A program made the translations under genes and the position numbers. The notes below the pieces were generated by a model. It was not told where the DNA came from, did not search any database, and saw only the letters and a list, made by a program, of their open reading frames with translations. 64,000 nucleotides of DNA from a virus (lineage: Duplodnaviria; Heunggongvirae; Uroviricota; Caudoviricetes), in the IMG/VR virus record IMGVR_UViG_3300012942_000032, positions 58,282-122,281 of that record, one strand, 5' to 3'. Positions 55,432 through 64,000 of the stretch are shown piece by piece; the stretch's first letter is position 1; the number at the start of each line of letters is the position of its first letter.

Positions 55432-57012
55432 ATGGAATACGATTTCATTAAAGAGAATAGCTATAATGGCAACGGCAAACTTAAAAAAGCCGGTGTCAGA
55501 ATGGAAATCACTGCAGAAGAACAACAAGAGTTCATTAAATGTAGAGATGACTTTTTCTATTTTCTAGAGACATATTGTAAGATCATTTCTCTGGATGAAG
55601 GTCTAGTAAATTTCAAACTTTATCCATATCAAAAGAAAATGATGAAAATGATGGAGGATAATCGTTTCAATATCTTCCTTCTTCCTCGCCAGATGGGTAA
55701 GACAATCACTGTTGCTGCTTACCTTTGTTGGTGTGCAATTTTCAATAGACGTTTCAATATTGCTATTCTTGCTAATAAAGCTGAACAAGCAAGAGAAATT
55801 ATGTCTCGTCTTCAATTGATGTACGAAGAACTTCCTTGGTTTCTTCAACCTGGCGTCAAGACTTGGAATAAAGGTGACATTTGGTTGGGAAACGGCTCAA
55901 AAGTATTTACCGCAGCAACCACTGGTTCATCTGTTCGTGGTAAGTCGCTGAACATTGTTTACCTTGACGAATTTGCATTCGTAGAAAATGATGTTGAGTT
56001 CTATACTTCTACCTACCCTGTTATTACATCAGGTAAGAAGACTAAAGTAATTATTACCTCCACTCCTAATGGAATGAATCTGTTCTATAAGCTTTGGACA
56101 GATGCAATGGAAGGTAGAAGTGCATACAAACATCTTCAAGTACATTGGTCTGAACATCCCAATCGCGATGAATCCTGGAAACAAGATCAGCTTCGCAATA
56201 TGGATGAGAAGCAATTCAATCAGGAATTTGGTTGTCAATTCTTGGGGTCTACAGACACTTTGATTTCAGGTCATAAGCTTCAACAATTAACCTTTGTAGA
56301 AGCAATTGGCGGTGATGAAAAGTTCTTTAAAATCTATTCTCAACCAGAGAAAGATCGATCTTATGTAATCACCACTGACGTATCAGAAGGTATTGCAAAG
56401 GATTATTCTGTCATCAATGTCTTCGATGTAACTGAAGCTCCTTACAAACAGGCAGCAATCTATAGAAGCAACATTGTTCCCCCATTGCTACTTTCAGAAG
56501 CTCTATTCAGAATTGCGAATATGTATAACTCTGGAGTCGTAATTGTAGAAAATAACAATATGGGTTCTGATGTTTGTAATTCACTCTGGAATGACTATGA
56601 GTATGAAAATATGCTCATTACCAGGAACAAGAACAATGAAAGCTTAATCAGAGAAGGTCGTCAATCTAACGTAGGCATTAGGACCACGAATAAAACAAAG
56701 TTGATTGGATGCTCTTCTTTGAAATCACTGATCGAAAGTAATACATTAGTGATCTATGATTTTGAAACCGTCAAAGAATTAACGACGTTTATCAAAAAAG
56801 GTAAATCATACGAAGCTGAAAAAGGTAAGAATGATGACATTGTCATGTCAATGGTCTTATTTGCATGGTTCGTTCATCAACCATACTTTTCAGAAATGGT
56901 AGATCTAAACGTAAAAGCATTAACCAAGGACAATCTGTACGATGAGTATTCCATCTGTTTAGGCTTTTTTGCAGATGGAACGGAAACAGACAATGATTCA
57001 TTCATATGGTAA
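55432..57012 (+). CDS. 17: terminase large subunit gp17
   Basis: KCRDDFFYFLETYCKI, Walker A-like LPRQMGKTIT, IVYLDEFAF, and the ITSTPNGMNLFYKLW RNase-H-fold nuclease segment all align with T4 gp17. Confidence 0.9.
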   Translation: MEYDFIKENSYNGNGKLKKAGVRMEITAEEQQEFIKCRDDFFYFLETYCKIISLDEGLVNFKLYPYQKKMMKMMEDNRFNIFLLPRQMGKTITVAAYLCWCAIFNRRFNIAILANKAEQAREIMSRLQLMYEELPWFLQPGVKTWNKGDIWLGNGSKVFTAATTGSSVRGKSLNIVYLDEFAFVENDVEFYTSTYPVITSGKKTKVIITSTPNGMNLFYKLWTDAMEGRSAYKHLQVHWSEHPNRDESWKQDQLRNMDEKQFNQEFGCQFLGSTDTLISGHKLQQLTFVEAIGGDEKFFKIYSQPEKDRSYVITTDVSEGIAKDYSVINVFDVTEAPYKQAAIYRSNIVPPLLLSEALFRIANMYNSGVVIVENNNMGSDVCNSLWNDYEYENMLITRNKNNESLIREGRQSNVGIRTTNKTKLIGCSSLKSLIESNTLVIYDFETVKELTTFIKKGKSYEAEKGKNDDIVMSMVLFAWFVHQPYFSEMVDLNVKALTKDNLYDEYSICLGFFADGTETDNDSFIW

Positions 57013-57060
57013 ATATGATAGAATAATTTGAAAGTACGTCCTTGAATTAGGAGAAAATAG

Positions 57061-59031
57061 ATGGCTTCATCTCAAACAAGCCCAGGCGTAGTGGTTCAGG
57101 AAACTGATTTAACCAACTTCGTTGCTAGTGTTGGCACCTCGGGCGGTGCATTTGTAGGCGGTTTTGCATGGGGTCCTGTAGAACAGTACACAACTCTAGC
57201 TAGTGCAACCGACCTAGAAGCTCAATTTGGTAAGCCAGATGACACTAATTATGTCGATTGGTTCTCGGCATCAAACTTCCTTAGCTATACTGGTCAGCTA
57301 ATTCTTGTCCGTGTTGTTGATGAGAATGCGCTGAATTCGTCAGATGACGGTGATGGTATTCTGATTAAGAATGATAATGATTTCCAGATTGTTAGCTCAA
57401 CTGGACCAACTGGTGTGCATTTTGCTGGTAAGTTCCCAGGCACTCTTGGTAACTCACTAGGTGTGTATGCTTGTGATGCTACTGGATTTGATACTTGGCA
57501 GTACAAGGGTTCATTTGACTCTGCTCCAGGCACTTCAGAAGCTGCTGCTGCTGTAGGCGCAAGCAATGACGAACTTCATGTCGTTGTGGTAGATCTTCAT
57601 GGTAAGTTCTCAGGAACTCCAGGTAGTGTTCTAGAATCTTTCGCATACCTTTCAAAAGCAAAGGATGCAAAGGATATCAACAATGCTCCTAACTACTATG
57701 TCAACGTTCTGAATAGATCCTCACAATACATTCGTGCTCTTACGGCACTGAATGGTGAAAGCGGTTCAGCTGGTGGTGCTGTTACTTCAGTGACTGTAAC
57801 AGATGCTGGTTCTGGATACACAGATGCTACGGTTGCTTTTAGTGCTCCTCCTGCAGGTGGCGTTCAAGCAACTGGTACGGTTCAACTAGATGCTGGTGCT
57901 ATTACAGGTGTGACGATTACCAATCCTGGTAAGGGTTACACGGCTGCTCCTACAGTGACGATTACTGGTACAGGCGGAACCGGTGCAACTGCGACAGCCG
58001 CAGTGAGTGCAATTGTTACGACTGTTGATTGGGGAACTGCTCTTATTGTTGCTGGTGTGCCTTCTGCTTACTCAAGCCTGGCTGCTCCTGTTTCCATGCC
58101 GCTGACTGGTGGTGTTGATAGCACTTCAATTGGTTCACAAGAGCTGATCACTGGCTACTCAATGTTCGAGAATGCAGAGCAGGTTGATGTAAGCTTGATC
58201 TTTGTGGGTTCAGCAGGCGGCGATGATGAAATGGACACTGTTGTTCAATTTGTGATTGACAATGTTTGCGAATCCAGAAAGGATTGCATGGTATTCTTCT
58301 CACCAAAGCTAACTGACGTGCTGAATGTGACTCAGAGCGCTGCTGCAACCAATGTTGTTGCAACTCGCAATCTGATTGCTCGTTCTAGCTCATATGCAGT
58401 TATGGATAGTGGATGGAAGCTACAGTATGACGTCTATGCTGACAAGTACCGTTGGATTCCTCTGAATGCCGATATTGCTGGTCTTTGCGCTCGCGTAGAT
58501 ACCACAAATGATGCTTGGTGGAGCCCTGCAGGATACAATCGCGGTCAGATCAAGAATGTTGTATCTCTTGCATTCAATCCGAACAAGACCTCACGAGATG
58601 CAATCTATAAGGTTGGAATTAACCCTGTGGTTACTTTCAATACTGATGGAACTATTCTTTATGGAGATAAGACGCTTCTAGGAAAGAATAGTGCATTCAG
58701 CTTCATCGGAACACGTCGTCTGTTCATCTTGCTTGAGAAGACAATTAGCGGTGCTGCAAAGTATTCACTATTTGAATTCAATGATCAGTACACGCAGGCT
58801 GCTTTTGTGAACATGGTTGAGCCTCAGCTTCGTACAGTGAAGGGTCGCCGCGGTATGGAAGACTACCGTATTGTTTGCGATAGCTCAAATAACACTGATG
58901 CAGTGATCCAGGCAGGTCAGTTTGTTGGATCAATTTTCATCAAGCCTCAATATAGCATCCAATGGGTGCAACTGAACTTCGTAGCAGTACGTCGTGAAGT
59001 GAGCTTCGATGAAGTCGTAGGCGTTGTTTAA
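57061..59031 (+). CDS. 18: tail sheath protein gp18
   Basis: The N-terminal SPGVVVQETDLTNFVASVGTSGGAFVGGFAWGP aligns with the T4 gp18 SPGIELKETTVQS...GKFQWGP. The protein is about 656 aa. It carries an inserted GYT-repeat segment. Confidence 0.9.
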   Translation: MASSQTSPGVVVQETDLTNFVASVGTSGGAFVGGFAWGPVEQYTTLASATDLEAQFGKPDDTNYVDWFSASNFLSYTGQLILVRVVDENALNSSDDGDGILIKNDNDFQIVSSTGPTGVHFAGKFPGTLGNSLGVYACDATGFDTWQYKGSFDSAPGTSEAAAAVGASNDELHVVVVDLHGKFSGTPGSVLESFAYLSKAKDAKDINNAPNYYVNVLNRSSQYIRALTALNGESGSAGGAVTSVTVTDAGSGYTDATVAFSAPPAGGVQATGTVQLDAGAITGVTITNPGKGYTAAPTVTITGTGGTGATATAAVSAIVTTVDWGTALIVAGVPSAYSSLAAPVSMPLTGGVDSTSIGSQELITGYSMFENAEQVDVSLIFVGSAGGDDEMDTVVQFVIDNVCESRKDCMVFFSPKLTDVLNVTQSAAATNVVATRNLIARSSSYAVMDSGWKLQYDVYADKYRWIPLNADIAGLCARVDTTNDAWWSPAGYNRGQIKNVVSLAFNPNKTSRDAIYKVGINPVVTFNTDGTILYGDKTLLGKNSAFSFIGTRRLFILLEKTISGAAKYSLFEFNDQYTQAAFVNMVEPQLRTVKGRRGMEDYRIVCDSSNNTDAVIQAGQFVGSIFIKPQYSIQWVQLNFVAVRREVSFDEVVGVV

Positions 59032-59051
59032 GATAGAAAGAAATAAAAGAA

Positions 59052-59079
59052 GCCCGTCTTGATGGCGGGTTTTCTTTTG
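59052..59079 (+). terminator. rho-independent terminator after the sheath gene
   Basis: GCCCGTC-ttga-TGGCGGG followed by TTTTCTTTT. Confidence 0.6.
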
Positions 59080-59117
59080 ACTAAATAAAAAGAAATTCAA
59101 AGTTGGAGATATCTCAG

Positions 59118-59660
59118 ATGAGTGCTGACATTCATTCGTTTCTTGCAAATTTTCAAGGCGGCGGCGCTCGTCCTAACCGCTACGAAGTAGTTCTTACTTT
59201 CCCTGCTGGTGTTCCTGGTGGTATTTCGGCTTCTATTAAGGCTGGTTTTACTTGTAGAGCTGCATCTATCCCTGCATCAAATATGGGCGTTGTAGATGTT
59301 CCGTATAAGGGACGTCAAGTTAAAGTTCCTGGCGATAAGGTATGGGATGATTGGACTGTCCAAATTCTTATTGATAATGATTTTGCGACTCGCTCAGTAT
59401 TTGAGAAGTGGCATGATCTTATTTTAGGATTTGATAGCAACGTCGCATCCGCTGGTTTCGTTAACCCTGCTAATGCTTATGCTAGAGCTCAGGTTAATGC
59501 ACTTGATCGTTATGATCAGATTATTCAGACTTATGTTGTAGATGGTATGTTCCCGACTCAAGTTGGTGAAATTACTCTAGCATATGATGCTAACGATCAG
59601 ATCATGGAACAACAGGTTACATTTGCAATCAATGGTTGGTCATCAGACGTTACAACCTAA
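59118..59660 (+). CDS. 19: tail tube protein gp19
   Basis: ARPNRYEVVLTF and DDWTVQIL match T4 gp19 ARPNLFQVEISY and DDWTVTVM. ATG at 59118 preferred over the TTG at 59103 used by the track. Confidence 0.85.
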   Translation: MSADIHSFLANFQGGGARPNRYEVVLTFPAGVPGGISASIKAGFTCRAASIPASNMGVVDVPYKGRQVKVPGDKVWDDWTVQILIDNDFATRSVFEKWHDLILGFDSNVASAGFVNPANAYARAQVNALDRYDQIIQTYVVDGMFPTQVGEITLAYDANDQIMEQQVTFAINGWSSDVTT

Positions 59661-59671
59661 GAAGATAACAC

Positions 59672-59717
59672 ACCCGCCTCGCCTCTCTTTGAAGCGCAAA
59701 TAGGCGGGTCTTCTTGA
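59672..59717 (+). terminator. terminator-like hairpin after the tube gene
   Basis: CCCGCCT...AGGCGGG followed by TCTTCTT. Confidence 0.5.
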
Positions 59718-59746
59718 ATAAATAATGGAAAGTCTTAAAGGAATAT

Positions 59747-61360
59747 GTGATGGAGCTTTTCGGCTACGAACTTAAAAAGAAGAAAGTCTCTAATCCGTTA
59801 GAGACATTTCAAATCGACAGAGAAGATATTGCGTCAGATGCAGTAATTGTTTCTGATGGTCCTGTCGATGGCTCTGGAATGTCGGTATTCAGCTATGATG
59901 CTACATCCATTCCTGGCGATGAAATTGAACTTATCTCAACATACAGATCAATTTCCCTTTCTTCTGAAATTGATGAAGCTTTGCAGGAAATCAGAAACGA
60001 AGTATTCATTTTCGATGTTCCCGGCAAGAGGGCATTTGAAATTGACTTCAAAGATGAACCTACGTCACCTTCATCTTCGATCAAAAAGAAGATTACAGAA
60101 GAATTTCATAATCTTTATAATGTAGTGAATTTTGACGAACGTGGGCTATCATATTTTGATGATTGGTATATTGATAGCAAGCTCTATCTTCATAAGATCA
60201 TTGACAGTAAGCAACCTAAGCTAGGTATTCAGAAAGTTGTGGCAATTGATCCTCTGCGAATTCGCAGAGTGAAGTTCATGCCTAAGTCTGATGCTAATGG
60301 TGTCTATGACATCTCCAAAGTTCAAGAATGGTATATCTATTCTAATCACTTTGCCAAGAATATTATGCCTGGAACTATTACTCCTATTGAGTTTGGTTCT
60401 GAAATTGCAGGTCTAAGAATTAAACCTGATGCTATTTGTTATACAGATAGTGGTGTAATTGATAGAGCAACAGGCAAGACAATCGGATATCTAAGAAAGG
60501 CAATCGTTCCTTATAACAATCTGCGAATGATGGAAGATGCAATGTTAATCTTCCGCGTTGTTCGTGCTCCTCAACGTCGTGCGATCTATATTGACGTCGC
60601 GGGTATGCAGAAGAACAAAGCTGAGCAGTACATGAAGGATATGATGTCTCGCTTCAAAAATAAGATGGTTTATGACAGCAAGACAGGTCAACTTGCTGAT
60701 CGTCGCAATGTCATGTCTATGCTTGAAGATTATTGGTTACCACGTCGTGACGGCGGTAAGGGAACTGAAATCGAGACAATTGATGGCCAGAATGCTCAAG
60801 ATATCATGGATGAAGTAGAATATTACAGAGACAAGTTATGGCGCGCTCTAAATGTTCCTCGTTCAAGATTTGGACAAGATGATGCGCCATCTTTCCCATT
60901 TGGTAAGGGTATTGAAATCCAAAGAGACGAATATCGTTTTAGAAAGTTCTTAGATAAGATTAGATCAAGATTCTTGATGTTTATGAAGGATCTTCTGAAG
61001 ACTCAACTTATCTTGAAGAATATTATTACACCTGATGATTGGGATCAGATCAGTAAATCCATTGTTTGGACTTTCACGGAAGATAATGCTTTCGTTGAAT
61101 ACAAAGAGTCAGAAATCTTAAATAATAGGTTAGTAACCTTAAATCAAATTCAACCGTATATTGGAAAGTTCTTTTCCCAAGAATGGATTAAAAAGAACGT
61201 TCTTCGTCAGACAGACCAAGAAATTTCTGATATGCAGACTCAAATGGATAGTGAGCCTCCTTATGATATAGGTCTACCTGGAAGTGAGGACGGTCCACCG
61301 GGTGGTAGCTCAGAACCGATCCAAGATACAGACACAGATACAGGAAGCGATAATGACTAA
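59747..61360 (+). CDS. 20: portal vertex protein gp20
   Basis: YFDDWYIDSKLYLHKIID, LEDYWLPRRDGGKGTEIETIDG, KLWRALNVPRSRF and DEYRFRKFL align with T4 gp20 ([38 protein letters not shown]). Confidence 0.9.
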   Translation: MMELFGYELKKKKVSNPLETFQIDREDIASDAVIVSDGPVDGSGMSVFSYDATSIPGDEIELISTYRSISLSSEIDEALQEIRNEVFIFDVPGKRAFEIDFKDEPTSPSSSIKKKITEEFHNLYNVVNFDERGLSYFDDWYIDSKLYLHKIIDSKQPKLGIQKVVAIDPLRIRRVKFMPKSDANGVYDISKVQEWYIYSNHFAKNIMPGTITPIEFGSEIAGLRIKPDAICYTDSGVIDRATGKTIGYLRKAIVPYNNLRMMEDAMLIFRVVRAPQRRAIYIDVAGMQKNKAEQYMKDMMSRFKNKMVYDSKTGQLADRRNVMSMLEDYWLPRRDGGKGTEIETIDGQNAQDIMDEVEYYRDKLWRALNVPRSRFGQDDAPSFPFGKGIEIQRDEYRFRKFLDKIRSRFLMFMKDLLKTQLILKNIITPDDWDQISKSIVWTFTEDNAFVEYKESEILNNRLVTLNQIQPYIGKFFSQEWIKKNVLRQTDQEISDMQTQMDSEPPYDIGLPGSEDGPPGGSSEPIQDTDTDTGSDND

Positions 61361-61868
61361 AGGTATTGAAGCAATCCGTGAATCAGTTAAAAAGGGTGAT
61401 TCATACCATGCCATCACAGGTCTTTGTGAGGAAATTGCTCAAAGAGTTTCCATGGTAACTCCTATGTCTCTGGTTCAAAGAGATCCTAAGAGAGATAATG
61501 AAGGTGTTGCAATTGCAGATCATGGACATCTTGGTAATGGTCCAGGAAAAGCTTTTCTAGATCCTCTTGAATTTGCTGCTCTTACAATTAAAGAGACTGC
61601 TCGTCAACAATTTGGTTCTGATGATGGAACTTACAAAGATGGTATCCTGACTCTAGAACTTCGTGCTGTTCAGGCTGCCAAGGAATTTGCTGCTTGGCTA
61701 GATGATAGCCCTTTAGTGTATGGTTATCTTCTAGATGTTACTAGAAATGATAAGAATAAAGGTATTGAAAAGAGAGCTCCTGTTCTTAATTTAGATGATA
61801 TTACCAACGATACAAGCATCTTTTATTTCACATTTAGAATTGCTGTAGGGGAGGATCTTTTGGTATGA
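61353..61868 (+). CDS. small prohead-core-region protein between portal and protease (gp67/gp68-position), 171 aa
   Basis: ATG at 61353 within track ORF 61284..61868; positional analogy only. Confidence 0.45.
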   Translation: MTKGIEAIRESVKKGDSYHAITGLCEEIAQRVSMVTPMSLVQRDPKRDNEGVAIADHGHLGNGPGKAFLDPLEFAALTIKETARQQFGSDDGTYKDGILTLELRAVQAAKEFAAWLDDSPLVYGYLLDVTRNDKNKGIEKRAPVLNLDDITNDTSIFYFTFRIAVGEDLLV

Positions 61869-62539
61869 TTATCCTTGTAGAGCAATATGATGAATTTGAT
61901 TGCGAGGTTCTAGAAGAACAAACTTCTGCTGGTAAGAAAGATAAGAAGTATGTGATTCAAGGAATCACAATTCAGTCTAATGTGAAGAATAGAAACGGTC
62001 GCGTCTATCCAGAAGAAATTGTGGATGGAGAAGTAGGACGTTACATTAAGGATGTTCTGAATAAGAATAGAGCTGTGGGTGAGTTAAATCACCCTGCCGC
62101 GGAAAATCCTAAGATCAATTATGAGAGAGCTTCGCATAAATTTGAAACCCTTACTAAGGATGGTTCAAATTGGCATTCTAGAGCGGTAGTAACAAAGAAG
62201 ACTCCTATGGGCTCTATTGTTGCTGGGCTTATGGATGAAGGTGTCCAGATGGGCATCAGTTCTCGTGCAGTAGGTTCTACTAAGAAGCAACATGATGGAA
62301 CAAAAATTGTCCAAAAAGATTTTCATCTGATTACACCAGGAGACATTGTCTCTGATCCATCAGCACCTGATGCATATCTAACAAACCTTATGGAAGATAA
62401 GGAGTGGGTATGGGCTAATGGGCTACTTATTGAAAAAGAAGTAGAAATCAAAGATGAAGTAAATAAATTAGCCAAAACTAAAATGCTGAATGAAGAGAAC
62501 ATGTTGAGATTGTTCAATCACATTCTCTCACAGATCTAA
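61865..62539 (+). CDS. 21: prohead core protease gp21
   Basis: VKNRNGRVYPEEI, GELNHPAAENP, GISSRAVGS and SDPSAPDAYLT match T4 gp21 VVNRNKRLYPKRI, GELNHPPRANV, GVSSRGLGS and WGPSAPDAWVT. Confidence 0.85.
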   Translation: MIILVEQYDEFDCEVLEEQTSAGKKDKKYVIQGITIQSNVKNRNGRVYPEEIVDGEVGRYIKDVLNKNRAVGELNHPAAENPKINYERASHKFETLTKDGSNWHSRAVVTKKTPMGSIVAGLMDEGVQMGISSRAVGSTKKQHDGTKIVQKDFHLITPGDIVSDPSAPDAYLTNLMEDKEWVWANGLLIEKEVEIKDEVNKLAKTKMLNEENMLRLFNHILSQI

Positions 62540-62550
62540 GGAGCAAAGTA

Positions 62551-63303
62551 ATGAAGTTGAATGAAGAAATCACAGGTCTTCTAGGCGAGGAAAATCTTGC
62601 TGAGGAAACTGCTGTGAAGCTCGCAGCACTTGTTGAGAGTCATGTGGCAGCTAAGCTAGAAGAAAAGACAACTGGTCATGCTGCTGAAATTCAGGCTCTG
62701 AATGAAGCTCATGCTGAAGAAATCACGGCTCTACGTACAGAGCTAACTGAACAAGCAAATTCTTATGCAGAATATGTGAAGGAAGAAGTTTCAGAAAAGA
62801 TCAGCGAATATGTTGATGCTGCTGTCTCGAAGTATGTCACAGAAAATGAAGAAAAGTTTGCGAAGCTAGATAAATTTGATCGCATTGAAAAGTCATTTGA
62901 ATTGATTAAAGAAGCATTTGAAAATAATGGTTTTGATGTCAAAGAAGATGCAGTTTCAAGCAAACTACAAGAAGACGTCGATGCTGCTACGGCTGCCTAT
63001 GGTCACCTGTTTGAACAGAATAAGGAACTGAAGGAACTACTGCAAGAAGCACAGATGGAAAATATTTTCAATACCAAGACAATCTCACTTTCTGACACTC
63101 AGAAGGAAAAGGTAAAGGCACTTGCTGAAAGTGTTCAGTTTGAAGGTGTTGATCAGTTCGGAAAGGCCCTAGATTTGATCGTGTCACAGGCAGTCAGTAA
63201 GTCTTCCGAGAATCAAGGTTCACTGAATGAGGATACTCAGGACGTGATTCCTGCTGTAAAGCCAATCTCGGACAAGATGAAAAAGTACATCGATCGTCTG
63301 TGA
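62551..63303 (+). CDS. 22: prohead core scaffold protein gp22
   Basis: Acidic, alanine- and glutamate-rich coiled-coil protein of 250 aa between gp21 and gp23; AAGGAG RBS. Confidence 0.75.
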   Translation: MKLNEEITGLLGEENLAEETAVKLAALVESHVAAKLEEKTTGHAAEIQALNEAHAEEITALRTELTEQANSYAEYVKEEVSEKISEYVDAAVSKYVTENEEKFAKLDKFDRIEKSFELIKEAFENNGFDVKEDAVSSKLQEDVDAATAAYGHLFEQNKELKELLQEAQMENIFNTKTISLSDTQKEKVKALAESVQFEGVDQFGKALDLIVSQAVSKSSENQGSLNEDTQDVIPAVKPISDKMKKYIDRL

Positions 63304-63317
63304 TAAATTAGTTTTTC

Positions 63318-63325
63318 TATAAATA
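63318..63325 (+). promoter_or_regulatory. T4-type late promoter TATAAATA upstream of the major capsid gene
   Basis: Exact TATAAATA about 40 nt upstream of the gp23 ATG. Confidence 0.6.
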
Positions 63326-63366
63326 GAATTGAATAACGAATATTGAGATTTGTTGAGGAGAAAACG

Positions 63367-64000
63367 ATGTCTCTAGAAGTATTAACAGAGAAGTGGGATG
63401 GCGTCCTTAATTCGGACAAGCTGCCTAAAATTGACAGCCAACTGAAGGTAAGAACAACTGCCCAGCTTCTGGAAAACCAGGAGAAGTTTCTTGCTGAGGC
63501 ATCAAACGTTGCCGGCGGAATTGAGAACTTCGACCCTGTTCTGATTAGCTTGGTTCGCCGTCTTGCTCCTAAGCTTATTGCTTATGATGTATGTGGTGTG
63601 CAGACGATGTCAGGTCCGACCGGACTGATCTTCGCTCTACGTGCTCGCTACACAGGACGTAATGGTGCAACTCCTGGAACTGGTTCAGGATCTGATACGC
63701 CTCAGGGTGGTTCAGAAGCTCTGTTCTATGAAGCCAATACTGCTTACTCGGGTGCTGGTTCGCATAGCGGAGACAATCCGTGGGCAGTTGGTTACTCTAC
63801 TGGTACTGGTATGGATCTTGCCGATGGTGAGTCAAATGCCTGGGCTGCAATGGGTGTGACCATCGAGAAGAGCAATGCTGTTGCTAAGACTCGTCAGCTA
63901 CGTGCAGACTACTCGCTAGAACTGGCACAAGACCTTCGTGCAATTCATGGTCTGGATGCTGAAGGTGAGCTGACCAACATTCTGTCGTCAGAAATCATTG
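63367..64000 (+). CDS. 23: major capsid protein gp23, 5' partial (continues beyond window)
   Basis: MSLEVLTEKWDGVLNSDKLPKIDSQLKVRTTAQLLENQEKFLAE...FDPVLISLVRRLAPKLIAYDVCGVQTMSGPTGLIFALRA is the T4 gp23 N-terminal pattern. Not in the ORF track because there is no stop within the window. Confidence 0.85.
   Translation, partial: MSLEVLTEKWDGVLNSDKLPKIDSQLKVRTTAQLLENQEKFLAEASNVAGGIENFDPVLISLVRRLAPKLIAYDVCGVQTMSGPTGLIFALRARYTGRNGATPGTGSGSDTPQGGSEALFYEANTAYSGAGSHSGDNPWAVGYSTGTGMDLADGESNAWAAMGVTIEKSNAVAKTRQLRADYSLELAQDLRAIHGLDAEGELTNILSSEII

Noticed and set aside
59103-59117. TTG start for the tail tube gene used by the track
   Set aside because: An ATG at 59118 with a GGAGAT Shine-Dalgarno gives MSADIHSF..., which aligns better with the gp19 N-terminus.
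63641-63859. 72-aa ORF inside gp23
   Set aside because: Wrong frame within the well-supported major capsid reading frame.

Overview
This 64-kb window reads as a segment of a T4-type (Tevenvirinae-like) myovirus genome with overall low GC. It falls into two parts.

Positions 1 to about 33,180 are a hyperplastic early-style region, almost entirely small minus-strand ORFs. They contain the following.
- Three tRNAs: Leu-TAA, Val-TAC and Leu-TAG.
- A tmRNA-like gene whose modules are in circularly permuted, two-piece order.
- A GIY-YIG homing endonuclease abutting that tmRNA-like gene.
- A type-1 RNase H and a Pol-beta-type nucleotidyltransferase-like protein.
- An SPFH/prohibitin lipoprotein and a prepilin-like peptide.
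- Two compositional islands: one at about 50% GC carrying a P-loop ATPase (10.1 to 12.3 kb), and one at up to about 62% GC (25.2 to 27.3 kb).
- A family of GC-rich intergenic repeats.
- A promoter-plus-iteron array at 27.1 to 27.5 kb.

A plus-strand cassette is embedded in the early region at 12.4 to 17.0 kb. It holds a GNAT acetyltransferase and LamG-domain structural-like proteins, lies behind a perfect sigma70-consensus promoter, and ends at a bidirectional terminator.

From 33,189 to the end of the window lies a classical T4-like late structural module on the plus strand.
- Baseplate and tail-fibre proteins: LamG-domain proteins, a PAAR spike-tip protein, gp25-like and gp6-like baseplate wedge proteins, two proteins carrying an Ig-like GYT repeat, and a 1931-aa giant protein.
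- Neck proteins gp13, gp14 and gp15.
- Terminase small (gp16) and large (gp17) subunits, separated by an unusual 466-bp non-coding gap.
- Tail sheath gp18 and tail tube gp19, each followed by a terminator.
- Portal gp20, a small core protein, prohead protease gp21 and scaffold gp22.
- The 5' part of major capsid gp23, preceded by a TATAAATA late promoter.
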